From the NCBI GenBank assembly GCA_030704615.1, contig CM060731.1:71300001-71364000 (forward strand): a DNA stretch of 64,000 nt, in the 5' to 3' direction. The stretch is from Takakia lepidozioides. Its lineage: Eukaryota > Plantae > Bryophyta. Under the pieces are notes generated by a model. It saw nothing but the letters and a program-made list of their open reading frames with translations, had not been told where the DNA came from and did not search any database. Every line of letters begins with the position of its first letter. Positions within the stretch are counted from its first letter, which is position 1. Below are positions 23,295 through 35,130 of this stretch, in pieces. The translations under genes were made by a program, and so were the position numbers.

Positions 23295-24069
23295 ATAGTT
23301 TGCTGCAAGGTTTTTTCAACGCACCTACTCCACAATTGCATCTTTTACCCATTATGGGATTGGGTTATCGATGGAGTCTTAACTTCGCGGAGACTTCGCG
23401 GGACCATTGCCACTAACGATGCGCCACAACAAGTATGTGTTGGTGATGATGAAACACTTCTCCAAATGGATTGAATTGGTGATGATGCCTGACAAGGCAA
23501 GTAAGGGGGCTGCATGTGCATTCTTAGATCGAATGCTTAGCCGATTTGGTGCCCCAGCCGAAGTACTCACATATCAGGGCAGAGAATTCATGGGAAAATT
23601 TCAGGCTTTGTGTGAGCAAGCCTCGATAGATCACCGCATTACTGTTGATGGCTTGGTAGAGAGGGTTGTACAAACAGTTAAAAGATGCTTGCGCAAGTAT
23701 GGCTTGCAGACGAGACACTTAGGAGATTGGGACCTTCAGCTATTTTGGTTAGTCATGGGCTACAGCTTTAAGAAATAAGCATCATTTACCTCGTTCTTAC
23801 CTTACTTTCTTCTGTTTGGCTGAGAGCCAGATTTGCCTGCATCTATTTGTAGGGAGGCTGTAGTAGTCCTTGACCTTGTTGAGATATGTGGACACAAGCT
23901 CGTGTGAGCAGCGAGCGAAGTTGTTCAAGAGAGTCATGCCATAGATTTTGAGAACCTCATCATAGCACAACACAGGGATACATTGAGGTATGCAATCATT
24001 CATAGAGGGGGATATCGGCCAGTGGTTTGGCGTTTCCACCCTGGGGATTATGTGTATATCTACAGCAGC

Positions 24070-26322
24070 GTTTGTTGTTCCGCTAGACCAATCATAACAC
24101 CTGCAAAATAAACAACATTCCAAATATATCAAATCGACAATATTAGGAATAATGTAAGAACTTCATGCATGGCAGTTGCGATTCTTTGACACCAGTTCCT
24201 AGCATTTCAAATCTTTTCTATCTGCTCTCGAGAGTGACATTGAATTGAAGTTAGGATCAAGGTCAACTGGTTTACACAAAATGGAATGTAGCTCCAATTA
24301 GGTGATATTGAAGGTGTGTAACTCCCACTTGGTGTAACTCCCACTTGGCATTGCAATTTGACCAAGTCCAAATTTGGCTAAGTATGAAATGCACTAAGAG
24401 GAGTTACACAGGTTGGACCCATCCCACAACCTCCACTGCCATCACCTTACCAATAGGCTACTCCGCACTACTTACCAATCTCTTGCATTCTAAAATATTC
24501 AATAGGGAACTCTGGATAAGTGGGGTTGTCGAGGGAGTGCAATAAGTTCTTGCAAAATTCCTACTGTTTTCCATATCAAATTTATCAATCTAACATCATG
24601 GGTATAAAAAATGTTAATATATGTGCAAAAGCATTTCAAAACAAGAACAATCATTAGACATGTATACCTTGAATGGTGGTTTGCATTTGATTAGTTAATT
24701 GAATGACCTCCGTAACAAGCCAACCAGAGCTATAGGCAAGATTGTTGGCTTCTTGCATGGACTCGGCGAAGCCATACTTAATTTTGTATAGACAATTCAA
24801 ATTGTTCTCTACAGTATCACAACCGTTAAAGTCGCCATTATAAACTAATGTAAGACATTCCAAGTCACAACACGTAATATTTCTTGAGGTAGGCGAGGCC
24901 AAAGGTAAATAAGGAGTTGATGTTTGTGGTTGACAAGCCTGCACAACCAAATCAAAATGTTATTTTATACCATCTTTTAGCCTTTGATAAAAAGTGTGTA
25001 CATTCATGTATATATATATTGGGGACGGAGGCTCTAAAAATCATATTATAAGGCACATTGAAAAACTAACCATGTCATGGGGAGGCCATGAAGCTGATAT
25101 GTTAAAAATATTCGGGTGACACCCAAAACCATCCTCTTAAGGGCAACAAATTCATTCTTTAGGATATGTGGACCTATGACCATACACTCAAGGACGTTCT
25201 CATCTCCGTAGGACAAATTTCAATTTCATCTATTTAAAGTTCATTACAAAGCTAACAAGATAGGCTTTAACATGACTGTAAAAACATTACATTCCGACAG
25301 TATTAGTGAACCTTAGGACAATTTGAAAGAGAGGGGGTCTAAAACAAGTGCCGATCGATGAGGTCCATAGTGCATCCAATCATCCATAACCATTGCTACC
25401 TTATTATTTTTACATGTTGTTTAATGTGTAAAGTTGGGTTTGATTCATATGTCCATATGTTGCAGAGGTCTATGATTGTTCAACGCAACACAACAGTCCC
25501 CTTTTAGAGCATTTAAGGATATTTACTGCATACGACTTAATGCCATTCAACATTGTGCTTTCATACGGCTTGGTTCTCAAAACGTAGAGAGGTCCAGACG
25601 TGAGGCCGCAAGATGTAAGAGACCTATAATAGTTCACTGCATTGGGAATTGTGGTCTGTGTGGTTGTACGTAGAGATGCATCAGTCCATAGGACGACGTG
25701 ATGTACTATCTGACTGTGCAATCATAGATCTCTGTTATGTGATAGGCCAACATACCCTTATAATTGTCAAACATGATGCACCTTTCCAAAATATTGAATG
25801 AGACGGGTGTACTCACAACACATGGGTAGGTTGGATCCAAGTGAAATCGCTGTCGGTGTCCATCATGAGGTACTGGCGGACACCACCTGGATAGCTGCCC
25901 ACTTGAATGGTTGTACATAATTTAAATGCGTGGTCTGTATTAAACGCGCCTGGGTCGTGGAGGTCAATACAGTCTCTTTCAGGTTTCGGCTAGGAGCCTT
26001 GTTCCGCATGGAATGGCCCAACGTTGCGGTGTTGTGTCGAGCCCTCCTAGCCGCACGGACGCACGCGGCCTCGTTGTATTTGCGGCAATGAGCGGGCCTG
26101 AAAGGGGAGTGGGGTGAGTCGACGTGGGTGGGTGAGTGCAAGGGACACACCATGTTGGATGGTATCAATCTCGACCAGCTGCCTAGGTACTCGCAACTCA
26201 TCCAGCACAAACATGGGCTTTGTCCCATTGTTGTAGTCATTGGTGGCGTCCGATGAGTTGACTCGCAGTAATACAAGAAGAAAGAGGCAGCTCATGCAAA
26301 GCACATACGGCTGGGAACCCAT
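24070..26322 (-). pseudogene. N-terminal half of an A1 (nepenthesin/TAXi-type) aspartic protease pseudogene, exons about 26322-25817, 24938-24668, 24100-24070
   Basis: Signal peptide MGSQPYVLCMSCLFLLVLL, propeptide GVSLALTHP, IQVGSYP...LMMDTDSDFTWIQ (DTG mutated), ACQPQ...SPTSRNITC...CLYKIKYG...SSGWLVTEVI, GVMIG. In-frame stops are present. Confidence 0.82.
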
Positions 26323-26809
26323 TGCTTTATTTGCTAAGTGTTGCCACAACATACTCATACTTGGACAAGCAGCTTGGTAGTCATATAGACTAGGCCTAGT
26401 GCCCAGGCCTAGGAACCATTGGCCCCACCGACTTGGATGTTCTTCCACGGCGTTGCATTGTTGCCAACTTATAATACAATCATCTGTAGATGGTGATGGT
26501 GCTAGCTTTATTTGAACAAAAACCATTGCCGGTATTTGGAGCCCTTGTTAAATATAGTAGCTGGTTTGCTAAAAGATACAAAAAGAAAAACATAGGTTTG
26601 TCGAATTGTCGTAATGAATGTATCTAAAAGATTTGAGAACTGTCAAAAACTGTAATAGAGCAATATATATTCTATAGTTAGCGTCCACTTACTCGCTAGA
26701 TCCCTACCAACAGCTAATTTACGACAAATGTAGATTGTGAAAAATGGCTAACCATGCAATGCTAAAAGAATAGTGACATGTCAAACTCTTGGCAAGAATT
26801 AATTGGATT

Positions 26810-27303
26810 TGTCATGCGCATACATATCGCTACACAACTACATCGCTGTCCAAAACCACACAACACATATGCACACCACACACTAGTATACCACTAGTCC
26901 ACCACTAGTCCAACCACTAGTCCAACCACTAGGCTACAACTAGTCAGTCACTAGGCTGCCACTATGCTGCCCACTATGGCAGTCACTAGTCCACACAATG
27001 ATAACGAAGAAGAATACAAGCACAAGCTCATGCGAGCTCACAAAACTGAAGCATAAACTCATGCATATATAACCTCATCACTCAAATACAAGTCAAGCCA
27101 AGTGCACCCCACGCCATGGGGAATCCACACTACGGCGCCAAAGCTAGGCGCGGTGAGGCTCAACTCGAGAAAGATGAGCCTTCCGCGCTTGCCGTGAAGA
27201 TAACCACTCCAGGGCCTAAATCTGCCTTGACCCCTGGATTGACACTTGGGCCAATCCCAAATGTCAATATGTAAAAGCTAGCTATTTCCTAGCTAGTTTC
27301 ACA
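26810..27303. repeat. Solo-LTR-like repeat related to 29325-29837
   Basis: TG...CA bounded. Shares colinear blocks with the 29.3-29.8 kb repeat (ACATCGCTGT, CACAATGATAA, AGTCAAGCCAA, GGCTCAACT..AAAGA..CCTTCC). No TSD was found. Confidence 0.5.
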
Positions 27304-29324
27304 CTAGTGGTAAAATAACTTGACACATTTGAAATACCATCCAACTATTTTCTTTTCCTAGCTTCAAAAATCAGTCACATGGTTATTTTCTCCATGTCAT
27401 TTTAATATATTTCCAAGGCCCTTCCCCTGTTTTTTTTTTTTTTTAAATAGTCATCGCCCTACTTTTGCCCAACTGTGCTTGTATCGGGGGGCTGCTCCAA
27501 GTGGTGTTGTTGTGTACCCACTGCTAAGAGTCAACTCGCAGACAGGAGCCTACTATAGTAGGAAAGTCTACATAACTCTCTGCAACTCCAATGACAAACA
27601 CCTTAGGACTTCATAAGTTAATCATCACATCACTATTATTAGTGATACTTTGACACAGGTCATACAAAGATGGATGATATGGGTTTATTGAACATTATCT
27701 ATTCAACTTACAGGTCAATGCTAAGTGTGATCAGACCCAAAGATGCACAGTTCTGCACATGCCACATGAGCATAATATGAGCAGAGAAAGTGTAGGATGG
27801 CAACATAGAAAGAGTTAGTTCCCCAATTCTTTGAATGGTAGAGTGGGGCTTGACATCTGCAAAAAAGACAGTCTAGAACTTCAAGTGCTAGCTTGGAATC
27901 ATGACAAATATTTTACTTGTGATACTGAGATACTCTTGCCTCAACTGACCATCCAGTGCGAGTACTATCCACTAGGTTGAAAACAACTTCAGTTGTTGCC
28001 GTGGAATGGCCAATGTGGGTAATCTTGGAAAGTGCATGTGGGCCGAGGGGATTATGCCAACCTTGTGGGCTTCACAGAGGGGTGGGATGTGTTTTCCTGC
28101 GATCATGGCCTTGATATACGAGACCATCTTGTTTTCACCCTTGTTGCCAATGCCTCATGAATTGTTGTGGAAGTGTCTGATAGAGCTGGCCACCCCAAAG
28201 CAAGTACTTTCTATCAGTTTTGGTAACCTCGTGGCTGTAATCAGCTCAAAGCAGAAGGAGAGGGAGGAGGGGGGTGAGATGCAAGTAGTATTCCCTGTAG
28301 GAGAGAACAACACTTCCAGCTGTCATCAACCCTGTGGAAAGGGAGAACGAGGCTTCAGAGGCAGCGGAAGCATTGAAGACCAATGTGGTGAACCCCAATA
28401 CAAATCAAATCAAAATTGTAACATACTTCAATATTCAGTCAAAACCCATGTATAGCAGTTTTTTCTAAGTTGGGGGAGACAATGTATCATTGCTTCACGA
28501 AGCTTGTATCGCCACTCAAATCTTCTCACGTAAACGACCAAGACAAAAATTACCGTTGAACTGAAAGTTGCTTAACATATACTTCAAAAAAAAATGATTT
28601 TATGATAGGTGTTTGTTGCACATTAACAAGCTTACAAACCTACGACAGTTGAGAATGCACTGCACACCCTCTCTATCTTGTTTCATTTGGGAGCTGTTGT
28701 CATCGTAAGAACTACATCCGTTGATTTTTTGGCCTCAGTCTCAGGGGCATACATCCACATTAAAACCATCACCAAACTGTACTTGATCTTTGATCACGGT
28801 AGCTGGCTTTGCTTTTAGAAGCGAGATACTATCAACTAGAAGGACCGGGCCCTTTAGTGCGCTTATCTGTGAAGCTTGAACTTTAATGTGAGCAATCATA
28901 GCTCAGCCTCACATTGACCAGACTATGACTACCAAAGCCCGAACCACCTTCAAATAACAAGTATTAAGCTTGAGAACCCTACTTTCATGTCCTGTTGTCA
29001 GGGGAAAACAACTCACTGAGAGCCACAGTACGATTTCACTTTCGTTTTTTCACAATGAAGAGCCAAACAACTACAGATGCAATCCAGTGTGCAGAACACC
29101 ATCATGCCAGACTTTGACGAAGCATCCAGCTTGATAACTCTGTCGCATCCTAATTCAAAATGATATGGCCTCACCTTATCAAACCTGTTGTTCCCCCATT
29201 ATGGACAATTTGAGAAGAATTCTTGTCAAAGCTGTTCTCCCCCTCCTATCCTCCGACTTGGATTTTCTTCCACGATGTTGCACTGGTACCAACTTGGAAT
29301 ACAATCATTTGTAGATGGTGCTAG

Positions 29325-29924
29325 TGTCGTGCACCTAAGCATCGTGTAACAACATACATCGCTGTAACCACACTGCCTAGCATATAGTCCTAGAAAGCTA
29401 TACCACAATGATAAGAGATGAAAAATGAGAGAAGTAGAATGCAATGGAAACTCTCTTTGCATGAAACCACATCACACCAAAAGCACACATAACCCTTCCA
29501 AGTACAATCCTACTCTATCACTCTATAAGTAATAGTCAAGCCAATTATGACACCTTAGCTAAAGGGATCCACCATACAACACTCCCGCACACTCTTACTC
29601 ATGATCTAAAGCCATGGAGGTGAGAGAGGCTCGGAAGGCTCAACTAGAAAAAGACAAACCTTCCTGAGCCTCATGTGGAGATAAGTCTCTCCACGTTCCA
29701 AGTGAGGATCGCCACCTCATAAATGACATATGGAACCAAATAAAGTCCCAATGCCAACAAAATACAAATGTAAATGTATAACGTCTTAATTAGTTAGAAA
29801 TAACTATTTCTAATTAACCTTGACTAAGACCATGACAGCTGTCGTGCACCTAAGCATTGTGCAACAACATACATTGCTGTCCAACCACACGTCCTAGCAT
29901 ATAGTCTTAGAAAGCTATGCCACA
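29325..29924 (-). repeat. Probable 3' LTR of the PHD-Gypsy element, with an ~85-bp internal duplication (29325-29410 vs 29840-29924)
   Basis: On the minus strand a purine tract AGGGGGGCGA precedes TGTGG at 29924, and the repeat ends ...GCACGACA at 29325. It lies just downstream of the PHD coding remnant. Confidence 0.6.
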
Positions 29925-30194
29925 ATCGCCCCCCTAGCTGGTGATTAGGTCACTCTAACACCGAATAGTTGTCAAGTATCCATCCCAATAAGATCAGCAC
30001 AGCTTGGTCGTCAATCGCCCCAAGTCCCAGAATCTGAAGTCGATAGATCAAGAGGCCGGGTGCAAAAGTAGCCCCATCGTTAGTCGTCTTCATGCAACCC
30101 ATGGCTTCAATTGGGTATCCATGGCATTGAACTCCCGCTAGCTAGACCTTGGATTATTTATCAACCTCACCAGTGTCATGCCCCACTACCTCTG

Positions 30195-30528
30195 TCCAAG
30201 GCGTTGTGGACATAATCATTCTCCACTTGGAACCTCTCAAGCAGCATGTCAAACATCCCATGTGTTACCCCCTTCAGCATTTGTCACACACCAACATGGT
30301 TGCAACACCACCAGCATGCCCACATAGCATGCAATGCAACCCTGCCAGTACCACTGTAGTTTGGGGTCTATCCTCCCATCCACATGTGGAAGGTGACATG
30401 GTGCACAACTACGCACATACTCCTTCCATACCATGCCATCTCGACCCTCCGAAATCAATACTCCTGAGCCAATACCTCCTTGACTGTTAGGATTACACGT
30501 CTTGTTGTGACATCCAAGGTTGTAGGTC
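30195..30528 (-). mobile_element. C-terminal integrase + PHD finger remnant of the Gypsy element (continuation of 15520-24069, displaced by inversion)
   Basis: PTTLDVTTRRVILTVKEVL..GVLISEGRDG...CAPCHLPHVDG, then CMLCGHAGGVATMLVCDKC*RG*HMGCL...VPSGE*LCP (C4HC3 PHD pattern) across frameshifts. Confidence 0.78.
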
Positions 30529-30529
30529 T

Positions 30530-31815
30530 CCATGTCATACCAAATTGCCCTTAACGGTCAACAAGTCACCAATCAATTCTCCTATTGTTTGCCAGAACCC
30601 CAGTGATCTTTGGTGCCTCGTCCATAGACTTATGTACGTTCAACTTATCCTCTTGTGAAGTTGCTGAATTGTTATGGAGATCATGAATATTGTATACATT
30701 TTTCATTTCATTTAAGTGTCTATTTGAAACAAGCATCCAACATATGATGGTCCGAAGATTAGCCCTGGCACCAAGCCGTGTTTACAAGTAGCTATGGGTT
30801 TAGATCCACATAGGTGTATGTTGGATATCACATATTATGGCCAGTAAATAGCTGCAAATGGGGGCACCTGGATCAACTAGTAGAAAACATAATGTGTGGG
30901 TACGTGGGAATTTAAGTCTTAGCTGGGGAGGGGAGGGCAACCGCGTTGCCTTGGTTTCGCTATTTATAAGATGTCAATTTTCTAAACTGAAGGCAATAAT
31001 CATTGGATGAAGGGACACCGAAAGCTGTTGCGATTGCTTTGGCAAAAGTCTTTCTTCTTAAACTCACAAATATAATATGAGTTTCATGTTTGTCATGTTC
31101 AAAGTATGGAAAAAAAAACATTCCACACTAGGATTTTGACTCGTACTTCTTTTTATGGCCATTTGTTTTGTATAACATATAGACGTCATCTGAACAAAGT
31201 TCTTCTCAACAATACATTGCAGTTCAAGACGCCATCTTTGTGCAAATGCCTCAACAAGGGACTAGGGTTAAAAATTCATACTATGTTCCTCTCGCGAGAA
31301 TTCTAGTGGATGGGCAAGAAGTGCCTAATATGCCTATTGGCATCTTTGACATCGATGAGGAAGGTGAATGAGGTGTGGTAATCGATAGTGGCGTTCCGTA
31401 CACAACCCTCCCTCCAGCAGCATATTTACCGTTCTAGGCCGCATTCATTGATGTAGCATCACGATTGTCTAATGGGCCTCAAGGCCCACCTCACTGTCCC
31501 CAGTTCGACTATTTCGACACGTGTAGGACCGTGGATCCTAACATGCCTCTTCCAGAACTTCCGAGTGTGTCATTCGTGTTTGAAGACGATCAACAAAGAT
31601 TCACCTTCAATTTGGCTGAAGCAAAAATAGCATTATTTATAGGAGACGACCATATTGGAGAAATTTGCTTAGCTTTCACCTGCGGGCTTGCAAGTCAAGG
31701 AAAAGTGAATATTCTTGGTGCTTGGCAACAACAATGTATGCAAGTTCTGTTCGATTTGCCTCAGAGCAAAATTGGGTTTTCTACATCTCATAATTGTTGC
31801 CAAGTTCAAAGCTAG
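30530..31815 (+). pseudogene. C-terminal half of the aspartic protease pseudogene
   Basis: QIALNGQQVTNQFSYCLP (FSYCL at 30577-30591). After a non-coding interval comes FDIDEEGE*GVVIDSGVPYTTLP..Y..F* ...FDTC...LPSVSFVF...CLAF...NILGAWQQQCMQVLFDL..KIGF, with two in-frame stops. Confidence 0.88.
30731..31060. repeat. Dispersed ~300-bp non-coding repeat, copy 1
   Basis: Shares CACATAGGTGTATGTTGGAT, the GGCAAC-N3-GTTGCC hairpin and other blocks with 45501-45820 and 47631-47900. Confidence 0.7.
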
Positions 31816-34448
31816 TCGAGTCCCCTGCCTCTCTTCCATCTGTTCTTCTCCATATCCTCTCATTTCTTTATGACCCTCTCTAGGGCTGATTTAGCTGCCT
31901 CGGCGTTTGTAATCATCTGCACTATGTAGGTCCTTCAGGATGGGCCTCTTGATTGCCTTCATCTTTTCGCTACTTTCAATGGGCCTTGGCCTAGTTTATT
32001 GTTCGTTGTATTATCCTTCACGTCCTTCGTGAGTTTGTGCCTTATAGCTGCCTTCGGGCCTCAAGTTTTTAACTTTTTTCCTTCAATATTAATTTCAATT
32101 ATAAAGTTCTCAAGGGCTACCTCCATTTTCCTTAAAAGTTTTTTGAACAAGCACAATAGTAAGTAAAGTAGAACTCACATAGATCATCCTCCACTGTGAT
32201 ACTTTACAAAGCATGCCCCCCAAGGACATCTTTACACACAGAGCGGAAGTAGCTCTGCCTTGCATCACATGAGACAAATTGTAAAGTAAAAATTGGGGCC
32301 TTGTTTCACCACCCGGGGTAATTCTATCCGTTCCCTCTTGATCAGACAACCCGTCAGTCCAGTTTCGGTGATACATGAGCCGCAGCGGAAGCAGGAAAAC
32401 ATCATGACACCTAGACCGGACTGTTATGCTACTCGTTCGTTTGTTTGACATCATGTCACCATCCTGTCCTTAGTATGGCAAATGCTCAGAAAAGATATCT
32501 CGACCCCTCGTAGGGCGTCTGCCTGCAGCACCCGCACTGTTGAAGCTGCAGCCATTTTCAATATATATGGCCACACAGCTTTTGTCATATCATCCTCCGT
32601 TATCTTGTTTGCATGGTTCGCCATGTGCACGGGTAGTCATTTAACTCACATTCCGTCCACCCTTCATGGCAGTGATCCTTGGCTACTTTGCTCACTTGTG
32701 CAATCTATCCCTCAATGCATACTACCCAGTTTTATATCTCCACCTTTCATCTCGATCTGGCGTTTACAGGGCCTGCCTTGATCAGTTCTACTTGCGATCC
32801 CGCCTAGCTACCCTCATCTTATCTCTCTGATGTGCACCTTCTCTCTATTCGTGACTATCTCGTGACAACTTCATGGTATCCTGGCGTAATCTCTCACAAT
32901 AATCGTTCTCTCTACACTTGTTGCAGCTCAAACGTTTTCCAGTGTTACTTTCTTAATCATCAGTTTCAACAGTTCATGCTCTTCTTCGTAAATCCAGTCT
33001 ATCTCCTTTATATCACACGGCTTACTATGATGGCCGCTTAGTATCAACACAATCTATACACTGTACACGCATCTCACTAATCACTTTGCTAAACCTACTC
33101 AGTCTAATCCATGTTTGCTCTGTCTCCATCGCCTCTCTCAAACTTGAAAGTAAAACTTAATTTCAAAGTGAATCGTTTCTCTTTGAATGATCTCAGTCTG
33201 CTACCTTGTACCCTGCAGCAGTCCGTGGAATCGCTTTTTTCCCAAGTCCCTACTTTCTAATCACCGCCCCAACATCTACTAATCAGCTAAGCCGTCCCAG
33301 GTCGTGCCTGCTGACTAAGCACTAAGTTATGGACATGTGGCCCTGATCCACGTCTTGATAAGATCTTACGAGCCCAAAACTTAATTACATGGTTTCGCTT
33401 AGTCATGCGCCTTAGTGTCACAAGACGGCGTCCTCGTCCGTTGATCAACGTTAGATCAATGGTTTGCATGCTGCCAAACTGTGTTCATCCACCCTGCTCG
33501 TCCGTTGTTCATCCTGTGGCTTCATCCATCTTGCCATGGCGCTCAAGCTTAATGAATGGATCTCTATGCTGACTATTCTCTTTCAAGCGGGATTATAGAT
33601 AGGTTGGGGGGCTGTTTTTCCTTGCAACCATTAAAAAGTTAAATGTTCATAGTTGTCAAAAATACCATATATCATGACTCATCAAATTTGATAAATGATC
33701 ATGTGGCCGACATTTTGCTTTCCAAGGTTTCAAGCAAAGTGAGCCATACTGCCCTATAATCACACTAAATACAGAGCTGTTTTCTCAAAATAAACCGTCA
33801 TTTGCAGCTCCTAGTATGTCCATATGCAGCAAATGTACAACTCTGGAGTCTCAATTTCTTGACACCCGGTCCCAAGAAGACAAATACTTGTGAGAGCCTA
33901 CCCAAAAATGGTAAACCATACATCATCCATGACGTCTGCAGACAATGCAATTGCGAGCATTGACACCACCACTCTTCTTGGGAATAACATTTTCGATCTG
34001 AACTCTTCATTTGGCTCACATAATGCTCCTCAAGTCTTACACTGAACCACACCTAAAAGGCCTTGATAGCCACCTCTCTGCACGTACCTGTTGGGACCGA
34101 ACAAAGCTGCCGCCTCGAAGTGCAACAGCTATATATTACCTACCTGGTCACAACTCACAACAGATGTTGGAAGGAAATGAATTGTCCTCAATCCCAACGC
34201 TCGCAATCATCACTGTCCACCTGCTCTCTGCAATCCTTGTTCAACCATCCCTTCATTACTTCTCTCTCGCTCCTCCCCGGACCCCCACTCTTGTCGTCGT
34301 CTTCTTCGTCTTCGTCTTCGTCTTGTCACCGCGTCGATAGGAGCTGCCACGTATCACCAACAAGTAAAATAAATCCCGTTGCATTTAATGCCAACACTTT
34401 GCCACGCACGCGCGGCAATACCCGGTCCGAGAGAGCGCGCGAGCGGTC

Positions 34449-34710
34449 TTTGAAAGCGCGGGTTTGGCGCCACTTTTTGAGACCCGGCGTTGGCGCGCTC
34501 GCGCCACGCCGACGTGGCGCGGTTCGTCCGACGTGGCAAGGTCGAACAACAAAGAATGGCACGCGAAGTCCGACGTGGCGTCGTCCCAAGTTGTGGTTTG
34601 TGTAGTATTTGTGTTGGGGCTAAGTTTAGGAACTTCCCGTTTGTGCAGAGCGGCCTCGCGCGGCCATGGGGGGTCGTCGTCCTCGGCTCGGCGCAGTTTG
34701 AATTCGCGAG
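34449..34710 (+). promoter_or_regulatory. Upstream regulatory cluster of the DEL gene: E2F site TTTGGCGC, three CCGACGTGGC elements, TTTGAA motifs
   Basis: TTTGGCGC at 34463-34470 matches the TTTSSCGC E2F consensus. CCGACGTGGC occurs at 34509, 34528 and 34570, in a GC-rich island 400-700 bp upstream of the ATG. Confidence 0.55.
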
Positions 34711-35130
34711 TCTGCCATGCCTGCCTTGCGTTGCCGCGCGCGCTCTCGCTCGTCTATGTACCCATCCCCCACTCTCCCCTCTCTCCTTCTTGCCTGATTG
34801 TCCCTGCAGTCTGCCATCGCGGTTCGGTTGCCTGTGGGGGCCCTCTTCCTTGCTGTGTTTTTTCACAGAGTCGTCTTCCGTGAAGTGGTCTCACAGTACT
34901 GATTAGTTTGTGTTTCTTCTCTGCTGCTTGTGGCTTCTCGGTAACTACTTGGTATTTACCAAGAGGTCAGGGCTTGAGTCAATTCTCCGCTGAATCAGTA
35001 CGTTTTTTTGTTTTATCGAATCTCGCTTGTATGTGCTCTTATCACTGGCAGTGTGAATGCCCCAGATGCATGTGCGGTAGGTAAATAGTTTCATCAGATG
35101 AAGTAATAAGTCTTCAAAGTGCCCCGTTTC

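Larger units (their letters stand above)
15520..24069 (+). mobile_element. Degenerate Ty3/Gypsy LTR retrotransposon pol (RT, RNase H, integrase), interrupted by two nested insertions and truncated by an inversion breakpoint at about 24070
   Basis: FERLRAYGLKLQPLKCKF, YLGHMI, GLANYYRRFVKGFS, GIEAVLTQ...YSSYERVCLAAVW (15.8-16.35 kb); HAHEELGHF (22.2 kb); integrase core HFSKWIEL...RFGAPAEVLTYQGREF...GLVERVVQTVK (23407-23778); RFHPGDYVY near 24060. Many stops and frameshifts. The left boundary is approximate. Confidence 0.85.

Noticed and set aside
22200-23474. ORFs with poly-Phe and poly-Lys runs
   Set aside because: They are translations of the poly-A tracts within the non-autonomous CACTA element.
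25470-25800. Minus-strand ORF initially read as extra protease or other coding sequence
   Set aside because: It falls within the inferred protease intron (25816-24939) and has no convincing motif.
31820-33600. Pyrimidine-rich stretch possibly from a decayed LINE or other TE
   Set aside because: I could not identify any domain, termini or TSD by eye. Left unannotated pending a TBLASTX or RepeatMasker search.
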